Below, one piece after another: positions 46,953 to 54,027 of a stretch of 64,000 nucleotides of DNA. The stretch is from a virus, in IMG/VR virus record IMGVR_UViG_3300025093_000002, positions 1 through 64,000 of that record; one strand, written 5' to 3'. The position numbers and the translations under genes were made by a program. How positions within the stretch are numbered: the first letter of the stretch is position 1; the number at the start of each line of letters is the position of its first letter. Below the pieces are notes generated by a model. That model saw only the letters and a list, made by a program, of their open reading frames with translations, did not search any database and was not told where the DNA came from.

Positions 46953-47597
46953 TCAGACACCACGCGCCATCAGGTCGCAGATGACCGAGGACGGAACGCC
47001 GAAGCTCATCCCGACATAGGAACCGCCCATTCCGACCGGAGCGATGCGGGCGCCAACGAAGATGGCGATGACGCGGTTCTTGGCGTCGTAGACCGGGCCA
47101 CCGGAAATGCCAGGGCCACCCGAGATGTCCATGACGACGACCGACTTCCACGGCCCCATGGAGCGCGTCTTGCCTGATAGCCAGCCCCGGAACGAGATGA
47201 ACTCGACACCGAGCGGGCTGCCGCGCGCAACGAGGCTCGTCCCCTCGGGAATGTCGCCACAGGCAAGCGGAGAAAAGGACAGGCGGCTGGTGCGCTCGAT
47301 ACGCACGAGGGCCACGTCATAGACCGTATTGACCCAGAGCACTTCGCCCTTGCGGGTGATGCCTCGATCGTCCACAATCTTCGCCGTGGTTTCCTTGCCG
47401 ATGACATGGGCGGCGGTGAGAATGTAGCCCCGCCCGATGTGGACGCCGGAACCTTGGCCCATCTGCATCGTTACACGCACGACAGGGCCGGCCTGCGTCA
47501 ATGGGACGTCGATGGTCTTGTTCACCGCCACATAGGCAGCGAACGCGGCAAATAGGACGAGGCCGCACAGCATCGCCATGGCGCGCATGTTTTTCAT
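46953..47597 (-). CDS. Exported trypsin-like (S1) serine protease
   Basis: Signal/TM; GSG...TAAHV, DVAL, GISGGP catalytic triad. Confidence 0.88.
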   Translation of the reverse strand: MKNMRAMAMLCGLVLFAAFAAYVAVNKTIDVPLTQAGPVVRVTMQMGQGSGVHIGRGYILTAAHVIGKETTAKIVDDRGITRKGEVLWVNTVYDVALVRIERTSRLSFSPLACGDIPEGTSLVARGSPLGVEFISFRGWLSGKTRSMGPWKSVVVMDISGGPGISGGPVYDAKNRVIAIFVGARIAPVGMGGSYVGMSFGVPSSVICDLMARGV

Positions 47598-47635
47598 GGC
47601 GCTTTCCTTTTCTGGAACGAGGGAAAGGGTCGTGT

Positions 47636-47953
47636 CTAGGACCGGGGATTTGGGCGCTTGGGAGAGTGGTCGAATGCCCGGTCCAGTCGCTCATTGAGGC
47701 GGTTGATGGCCTCAAGGATTTGCTCGGTGCTTTCGCGATGGCCTGATTTGGAGACGTAGGTTTCCGCAACATGCACACGAAAAGCGCTTAGTTCTTCACG
47801 AGCTAGGGAAGCGCTCGCTTGAGCCGCAGAAGCCAAGACGGCGCTGTCCTTCTTCGCCGTGTCCACCTTGCTCTCAATCCTCCACCAGATGCCCCAAAGG
47901 GTGCCTGAGACGAGAATGAAAAAGCCGATCGCGGCCATGAGTTCGTTGGTCAT
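47636..47953 (-). CDS. Lysis-cassette TM plus coiled-coil protein
   Basis: N-terminal TM; VAETYVSK motif. Confidence 0.65.
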   Translation of the reverse strand: MTNELMAAIGFFILVSGTLWGIWWRIESKVDTAKKDSAVLASAAQASASLAREELSAFRVHVAETYVSKSGHRESTEQILEAINRLNERLDRAFDHSPKRPNPRS

Positions 47954-48357
47954 TTGCGCCCCCGAATTGCCGACGCAATCGCAGTGACGCTTTGCCCAAC
48001 TACCTGAACGCCGAAGAAGGAAAGAAGGATTGCCCCCTGCCAATCATCGAAGGGAGCCGGGAATGCCGGTATGCGCCAGCCAAGCTTGAAGCACGTGTCG
48101 AGCGTGACCAGCAGGAGATGAAACGAGAAGCAGCCGGCGATGATGAAGGTGACCAGCCGCATTTCCCAGAAACCCGCCGTTGCCATGCGGATTTCCGTTG
48201 CCTGCTTTCTCGCCTCTATCTTCGCCTCGATGTCCTTGGCGACCAGATCCGCGACAAGCCGTTGCCCGTCGTTCCTGGCCGATAGCCGCGCCTCGTATGC
48301 CTTGGTGAGTTGCCCGACCAGATCACCTGTGATCCATCGGATTATCGCGCCCCACAC
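47950..48357 (-). CDS. Holin-like membrane protein
   Basis: Amphipathic N-terminus plus two TMs, inside the lysis cassette. Confidence 0.6.
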   Translation of the reverse strand: MWGAIIRWITGDLVGQLTKAYEARLSARNDGQRLVADLVAKDIEAKIEARKQATEIRMATAGFWEMRLVTFIIAGCFSFHLLLVTLDTCFKLGWRIPAFPAPFDDWQGAILLSFFGVQVVGQSVTAIASAIRGRK

Positions 48358-48360
48358 GGT

Positions 48361-48531
48361 TCAGACGCTTTCGTTCCGAACGCCATAGACGCCCGCAGCA
48401 GTGAGGGCCGAAACGACCAGTTCGAGCACGACCGTATCGAGGCCGAGGATTTCGATTTCCAGATAGCGCAGTGCCATCAGGGCAGAGACGCCCGCCAGTG
48501 CAGCCACGAATTTCCGATATGGAGCGAGCAT
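48361..48531 (-). CDS. Putative 2-TM holin, 56 aa (not in ORF track)
   Basis: MLAPYRKFVAALAGVSALMAL...SALTAAGVYGVRNESV; TGATG-coupled to the endolysin. Confidence 0.65.
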   Translation of the reverse strand: MLAPYRKFVAALAGVSALMALRYLEIEILGLDTVVLELVVSALTAAGVYGVRNESV

Positions 48532-49121
48532 CAGCGTTCCTTTCCGAACAGCTTGAGGATTGCGGCGATGATTGAGGCCCAGAAACCGCCACGCGGGGCT
48601 GCTGGAGCGGGTTTCGGGGTTGGACGGGCTGGCGTGTCCACGCCGTAGCCTTCGGCCTTCAGGAGGGCGTCGTAGCGCTTGGCGATGTCGGCAATCTCGG
48701 CCGCCTTGTCCTTGCCGTTGATGATGCGGCGCGCGTTGACGAAATCGGACTTCTGAAGCGTCATGTAGTCGGACAGCTTCTTGCCGGTGAACCAGCCGTC
48801 CCGAGAGCCGACAACGAGGATTTCCGCCGCATACTTCGGCTCAAGCAGCTTCTTCGGGTTGTTGACGAAATCGACGCCCAACTCGCGGGTGGCGCGCTTG
48901 TAGTTCTCCAGCCAGGTTAGCTGGGCGTAGCCCATCCCGACGTAGGGGTAGTATTTCTTCGACCGCAGATACTTTTCGCCGCCATACTCGCGAACCGGCT
49001 TCATGGTTCGGGCGGTTTCCCACGCGGTTGTAGCCAAAACATATGCGGCTTGGTTTCTTAGAAGGCCATGCTTCTTGCAGGCGTCAATAATCAGCCGAGT
49101 GTCGCCAATCTCTAGGTTCAA
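48531..49121 (-). CDS. Endolysin, GH19/chitinase-like, TTG start, first 31 codons recoded
   Basis: AYVLAT-AWET, YVGMGYAQLTW-ENY, ARRIING; AGGAG RBS 8 nt upstream of TTG 49121. Confidence 0.85.
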   Translation of the reverse strand: MNLEIGDTRLIIDACKKHGLLRNQAAYVLATTAWETARTMKPVREYGGEKYLRSKKYYPYVGMGYAQLTWLENYKRATRELGVDFVNNPKKLLEPKYAAEILVVGSRDGWFTGKKLSDYMTLQKSDFVNARRIINGKDKAAEIADIAKRYDALLKAEGYGVDTPARPTPKPAPAAPRGGFWASIIAAILKLFGKER

Positions 49122-49171
49122 AAATCCGTCTCCTATTGATGCTGTCGCCCAACTCTGATAAGCATCTTCGG

Positions 49172-49663
49172 ATGAAGACGATAGAAGAGCGCCTGTGGGC
49201 GAAAGTTGAAGTGCGAGGTGAGGACGAATGCTGGCCTTGGTTAGGCTACAAGCATGCCAATAGTGGACATGGACAAATTGGTCGGGGCCGTCGAGGCGAA
49301 GGCCAAACCTACGTCCACATCGTTTCATGGGAGGTAGCGAACGGTGCCAAGGTTCCGGAAGGCATGTGCGTTTGCCATAGTTGCGACCACCCGCCATGCG
49401 TGAACCCGAAGCATCTGTTTCTTGGTTCGAAAGCGGACAACACGGCAGATATGGTGAAGAAGCGGCGTCATAAGTTTGGGCAAGACGCGCCTTGGGCTAG
49501 GCTTACCGATAGTGACATCCTTGCTATCCACCATCGTTACGAACAGAAGGCGACCCAGCAGGAAATCGCCCGCGAATTTAAGGTCTCTCGGTCCCTTGTG
49601 GGACTAATCCTTCAAGGGAAGCGCTGGCCACATTTAGCAGTCGCGAGGACGTATGCCGCCTGA
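49172..49663 (+). CDS. HNH homing endonuclease (HNH_3/I-HmuI-like) with C-terminal HTH
   Basis: ECWPWLG...VCHSCDHPPCVNPKHLFLGSKADNTADM; TQQEIAREFKVSRSLV. Confidence 0.9.
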   Translation: MKTIEERLWAKVEVRGEDECWPWLGYKHANSGHGQIGRGRRGEGQTYVHIVSWEVANGAKVPEGMCVCHSCDHPPCVNPKHLFLGSKADNTADMVKKRRHKFGQDAPWARLTDSDILAIHHRYEQKATQQEIAREFKVSRSLVGLILQGKRWPHLAVARTYAA

Positions 49664-49731
49664 TTGCGCAGGAGCCCATGCCGCTTGCAGCATTCGATGA
49701 TCAGGCGTGTGTCGCCGAGCGCCAGGTTCAT
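49612..49731 (-). pseudogene. Orphaned ancestral 5' fragment of the endolysin (31-32 codons, then reads into the insert and stops)
   Basis: MNLALGDTRLIIECCKRHGLLRNQAAYVLAT; keeps the leader shared with the phage 1 endolysin. Confidence 0.85.
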
Positions 49732-49827
49732 AGGCACTTCCTTTTTCAGTTGTGGGAGAAGCGCGTCAGCTTTTGGGTTGTCGTTAAAAGAATGACGGCC
49801 TAAGAGTTCTCCAAACGGAGAATTCAG

Positions 49828-51003
49828 ATGAAGAAGCTCGCAGCGGTGTTCGCCACCGTTATCGCCATTGTTGCTCTCGCGGGCTTCGCGAAACCTCAAA
49901 TCATCAATGCCGGCGACTTTCTGGTTCGCCAGCCGCTTCTCAGCATCCGCGCCGAAATGGCAGCGATTACATCCGAGGTTTCGACCCTTCGAGCCGAGAT
50001 GGCGGTTGCATTGGCCCCACCTCCGCCACCCGCCCCTATGCAAGTGCAAGAGGTTGCCGAACCGGCCGTGAGCGATGGGTGGGAACTGGTCACTGATGAC
50101 GCCCCATTCCGCCCCCGCGATGGGTCTTTCGTCGCGTCCTTCAAGGGCTACCTTTGGCTTGGCAATGGCTGGCCGGGTTCTTCCGACAACATGCCGACTT
50201 CAATCTGGCGTTCCCGCGACGGCAAGGATTGGGAGCGTGTCGTTGACAATGCCCCGTGGAAGGGCCGGCACATCGGCAACTTTGTCGTCCTCAATGACCG
50301 CATGTACATGTACGGCGGCGACAACATGACCGACGTCTGGTCATCCGCCGATGGGATTAACTGGCAGCTCGAAATAGCAGAGGCACCGTGGGGCAAGCGC
50401 TATAACCCCTACATGGGCGCGTTCAACGGCAAGCTCTGGCTGATGGGCGGGCAGAACGAACACTGGACCGGCGCCTATAATGATGTCTGGTCTTCTGTGG
50501 ATGGCAAGACGTGGGTGCGCGAGGTTGAGAACGCGCCGTGGCCGCGTCGTAGCCTAGTCTCCGGGTTCGCGGTTCACGACGGGCACATGTGGGTTATGGG
50601 CGGCGGAAGGAAGATACCCGACCCGCGCTGCAATGGATGCGGCCAGACCATCTATGACCTGAACGATGTCTGGAAATCCGCAAACGGCGTCGATTGGGAA
50701 CTCGTCATTCCCCGCGCTGAATGGGCACCCCGAACGCATATGAGTGTGGTCGGCTACGACGGCAATCTTATCGTGACCGATGGCTCTGTCGGTACGCAGG
50801 CGGGCATGTCGAGCGAAGCATGGTTCTCGAAAGACGGTATCGAGTGGCACCCTATCGGCGGCATCCCTGACCAGAAGTTCAGCCCCCGCCATGCATCAAC
50901 GCTGGTTGAGCACGACGGGACGCTGTTTATGGTGACGGGCTATCTTCGCAACGATGTCTGGAAGCTGAACCCGGAAGCTCTTACCGTGCCTCCAACGCAG
51001 TGA
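49828..51003 (+). CDS. Exported Asp-box/Kelch beta-propeller moron
   Basis: Signal peptide, poly-Pro linker, repeated W-x-S-x-D-G-x-x-W and GG motifs. Confidence 0.75.
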   Translation: MKKLAAVFATVIAIVALAGFAKPQIINAGDFLVRQPLLSIRAEMAAITSEVSTLRAEMAVALAPPPPPAPMQVQEVAEPAVSDGWELVTDDAPFRPRDGSFVASFKGYLWLGNGWPGSSDNMPTSIWRSRDGKDWERVVDNAPWKGRHIGNFVVLNDRMYMYGGDNMTDVWSSADGINWQLEIAEAPWGKRYNPYMGAFNGKLWLMGGQNEHWTGAYNDVWSSVDGKTWVREVENAPWPRRSLVSGFAVHDGHMWVMGGGRKIPDPRCNGCGQTIYDLNDVWKSANGVDWELVIPRAEWAPRTHMSVVGYDGNLIVTDGSVGTQAGMSSEAWFSKDGIEWHPIGGIPDQKFSPRHASTLVEHDGTLFMVTGYLRNDVWKLNPEALTVPPTQ

Positions 51004-53302
51004 GGCGTTTGCGCACGTTCCGTGCCTCGTGCATCAGCACGGCAACGATGCGCTCGTACATCAGGCCTTCTATGTTTTCCTTCTTGAACGAACCATCTCC
51101 GCCATAGTGGACGAGGAAGTGCAGGCCGGCGTCATGGAAATGGTCAGCCGCCAAGCCGATGTAGAGCCGCCTCGTCTCGTCGTTCTTGGCGCTATAGATG
51201 AAGCCAACCATCCCAAGCACGGCATCGACTATCTCGTCTGTGATTTCGCCCTCGACGTTCTTGTGTTTCAGCGCCGAGGTCGAGCGGGCAAGCAGGCCGT
51301 CAGTCCCCACGAACACGTTTGCGGCGGCAGCGGTCGTTTGGCTATAAACGATAGGAGAATAGAACACGCCGTCGTGCCTGATCTCGACCATCTTCGTCCC
51401 GGCGCTATTTTGCCAGATCGTGGATGTGCTGCCCGAGCTACCGCTCAACTGGATAACATTGGGGATACGGTCGGGATAGCGCGCCGTGACGTTCAAATTA
51501 GTGTCAACAAGCAGACAGTTTCGCGTCGTGATCTTGGAAACACCCGCCCCTGTGAACCCAAGGCTCACATTGTCCGAGAGCCGCACGCTGTCGAAATCGG
51601 ACGCGACGACATTCGAGAACAACTCCACATGCCGCCAAATGCCGTTGATGAACTTCTGCCCCTGTCCGCCCAGGGAGGCCGACGGGCTGGAGCTGGACGA
51701 CTGCGAACGGCAATTGATCCATGTCGTCCCATTGCCCTGGTCGGACACGTCGCGGGTGCTGTTCGCCTCCATCCAGACGGAGATAAAGCAGATGTTATCG
51801 CAATCCGCGCTGACGAAGATGCCTTCGTTCACGGCCTCCGGCGTACCGCCCATGAACTGACAACCGCGCGCGTTTTTGCAGTAGTAGCCGGTCCCGTTGA
51901 AGCCTTCCATGATGGCGTTGATGAACGTGCAGTCCGCCGTGTAGTAGGCCGCATCGCCATCATTATCGAGCGTCAGGCCATAGCTCGGCTCGGTCGTGAA
52001 TGCGCCGTAGTTGTCGGAACAAACGAGGTTGTTGAAGACTGCGGCCACGCAGTAGCGAACATGGATTGCGTACTGCGTGCATTCCCGCGCTTCGATGTGG
52101 TCAATCCAGCAGCCCTGCGCCAGGCCGCGCAACTCAACGGCGGTCGTGATGGTCGGGCTACCGATGACGCGGACCTTGCCCATCGTCTTGAAGTCGCGGA
52201 TGACGGCACCAGCCGTTTCAATCGGCGTCGACAGCTTCAAACCAACGCCGGACCCGACAAGCTGAATAACCGGCTTGCCGACGAACTGGACAGTAAGGCC
52301 ATTCGCACCGAGGTTCGTATTGGCGTTGACTGGATATGCGCCCGCACCTTCCGCCATGATGATGTGCTTTGCGCCATACCCAGCGAGCGCGAGTGAGCGA
52401 GCAGCAAGAAGCGCCGTCGTGGTGGCCGAAGCATCGCCCGTATCACCGGAGGCCAGCGCGCCAAACCAACGCACGTCAAAGCCCTGAATAGCCCATGAGC
52501 CGACGCGCACCCACGCTCCAGCCGAAGCCGCAATTGCGTCAGCCTTGATGAACACGCCTTCCTGCGGGTCAGCGGTGATGTGGGCGCTATAGTCGCCAGC
52601 GCGCCAGACGAACTGCCCTTCGCGGCCAGTCTCGTGCAGGAAGGCAAACATGTCCTTTGTCGTATCGAGCGCCTTGAGAGCCGTCCGCGTCGCGATATAA
52701 ACGGGTGTGTCGAGCCTGTCGCGCACGTCGTCGTAGCCTAAAGGTTCGAAGGCAGTGCCTGCTGAATTGCGATGCAGGAACCGGCTTGCCGTCGTCGGCA
52801 GGGTTTCGGCACCGTCAGACACAGCCGCATTCTCGATCCCATTCGCGTTGGCGTTCCAGCGCAGCACTTTCCCTGCCTCGGGGTCCGGGTAGGTCAGGCT
52901 CGAAAGCGAGGACGACTCCTTGAACAGGATGGCACGGTTCAGCCTTTCCTCGCGCCGCTGGATCAGCATCGTCAGCTTGTCGAGCGCGCGTTCATGGCTG
53001 GAGGCCGGGAACGGGTCCTGGTTGTTGTAGGCCGTCAACTGCGTGGTTGGCGGGTCACGAACAATAACGACGGTCGTACCGCTTGCCGGGGCCGTAACGA
53101 ACGTCACCGTGCCGCCATTTGGGTTCCCCGCTCCCGAAACGGTGTAGTGCGTCCCCAGCGTCTGCACCGTATCGACGCCGGCCGAACTGCGGACGATCAC
53201 GCGCAGATCGCCATTGACGAGGAAGTAGAAATTGACGCTGAACGCGGTGGTCGTGCCGTCGCCGGAATAGCTGATGCGCGAGACGCTGGATTGAACCGTC
53301 AT
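50981..53302 (-). CDS. Tailspike: T7-type tail-fibre N-terminus, pectate-lyase-like beta-helix, C-terminal S74-like chaperone
   Basis: YSGDGTTTAFSVNF...HERALDKLTM; DVRWFGA; RSTSALKHK...LMYERI...RLTALE. Confidence 0.85.
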   Translation of the reverse strand: MTVQSSVSRISYSGDGTTTAFSVNFYFLVNGDLRVIVRSSAGVDTVQTLGTHYTVSGAGNPNGGTVTFVTAPASGTTVVIVRDPPTTQLTAYNNQDPFPASSHERALDKLTMLIQRREERLNRAILFKESSSLSSLTYPDPEAGKVLRWNANANGIENAAVSDGAETLPTTASRFLHRNSAGTAFEPLGYDDVRDRLDTPVYIATRTALKALDTTKDMFAFLHETGREGQFVWRAGDYSAHITADPQEGVFIKADAIAASAGAWVRVGSWAIQGFDVRWFGALASGDTGDASATTTALLAARSLALAGYGAKHIIMAEGAGAYPVNANTNLGANGLTVQFVGKPVIQLVGSGVGLKLSTPIETAGAVIRDFKTMGKVRVIGSPTITTAVELRGLAQGCWIDHIEARECTQYAIHVRYCVAAVFNNLVCSDNYGAFTTEPSYGLTLDNDGDAAYYTADCTFINAIMEGFNGTGYYCKNARGCQFMGGTPEAVNEGIFVSADCDNICFISVWMEANSTRDVSDQGNGTTWINCRSQSSSSSPSASLGGQGQKFINGIWRHVELFSNVVASDFDSVRLSDNVSLGFTGAGVSKITTRNCLLVDTNLNVTARYPDRIPNVIQLSGSSGSTSTIWQNSAGTKMVEIRHDGVFYSPIVYSQTTAAAANVFVGTDGLLARSTSALKHKNVEGEITDEIVDAVLGMVGFIYSAKNDETRRLYIGLAADHFHDAGLHFLVHYGGDGSFKKENIEGLMYERIVAVLMHEARNVRKRLTALEAR

Positions 53303-53319
53303 TTAGGGATGCTCCATAG

Positions 53320-53342
53320 AAAAAGCCGCCTCAAAGGGCGGC
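53320..53342 (-). terminator. Intrinsic terminator upstream of tailspike 2
   Basis: GCCGCC-CTTTGA-GGCGGC-TTTTT on the minus strand. Confidence 0.7.
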
Positions 53343-53401
53343 TTGCGGTCAGTCGATTTTGATGATGCTATTGGGACGGGGATTTTGGAGGGCTAAGCGA
53401 A

Positions 53402-53767
53402 ATGAAGACGATTATTGCCTTGTTGGGCGTCGGGATTGCATTGGCAGGATGCGGTTCAATTACCGTGCCGGTAGCGGTCATATCCGCCAATGGCGATGTC
53501 ATGCGGGGAACCGCAACGGCCGCCATGTCCGGGGGTGAATTCCGGGCCGCCGGGGCGCTGAATGGGAGGCCGACGACCTGTGCCGGAACCTATGACGCGA
53601 TGAGCACGTCGCTGACAATTTCAATGCCTGTGCTTTGCAACGATGGGCGAAAGGGCTTCGTGATCGCTACGCGCGAGTCGAACGGGGTAGATGGATCAGG
53701 CCGCGTCCGTCTCGATGACGGCACGGAGGCCGATTTCGTATTCGGCAAAGCGGCGGCTGCGTTTTGA
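53402..53767 (+). CDS. Lipoprotein moron (possible receptor/superinfection exclusion)
   Basis: MKTIIALLGVGIALAGC lipobox; GGAGG RBS. Confidence 0.75.
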   Translation: MKTIIALLGVGIALAGCGSITVPVAVISANGDVMRGTATAAMSGGEFRAAGALNGRPTTCAGTYDAMSTSLTISMPVLCNDGRKGFVIATRESNGVDGSGRVRLDDGTEADFVFGKAAAAF

Positions 53768-54027
53768 AAGACTTTCTCCGCTTCATCATTTCCATAATGG
53801 TCTGGGCAGTCATCGGCCGGTTTGTCCTCCAAACCGGCATCGCTCACCCAATGGCAATCGGTATCGTCTGGATCGTCGGCTTTGTCTGGATCACGGGATG
53901 GGTCGCAGGCGGCGACGTGAGCTACGGCGACGAGCAGCTTAAGGTGACACTGATTGGCTTTGGTGGCGCGCTTGGCTTTGGCGCTGTTGTTGTGTCCTTT
54001 GTCGAACTTTGGAAGTTCGTTACCTGA
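53764..54027 (+). CDS. 3-TM membrane moron
   Basis: Hydrophobic; coupled to the lipoprotein gene. Confidence 0.55.
   Translation: MKDFLRFIISIMVWAVIGRFVLQTGIAHPMAIGIVWIVGFVWITGWVAGGDVSYGDEQLKVTLIGFGGALGFGAVVVSFVELWKFVT

Noticed and set aside
48531-49397. 288-aa endolysin and the 145-aa ORF 49612..50049 as given in the ORF track
   Set aside because: Their N-terminal extensions are antisense read-through; RBS-supported starts are TTG 49121 and ATG 49731.
49029-49638. Group I intron or intein carrying the HNH
   Set aside because: The insert is almost fully occupied by an antisense ORF, leaving no room for a ribozyme core, and no intein motifs are visible. The duplicated start with its own RBS makes splicing unnecessary. 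Not formally excluded without RT-PCR.
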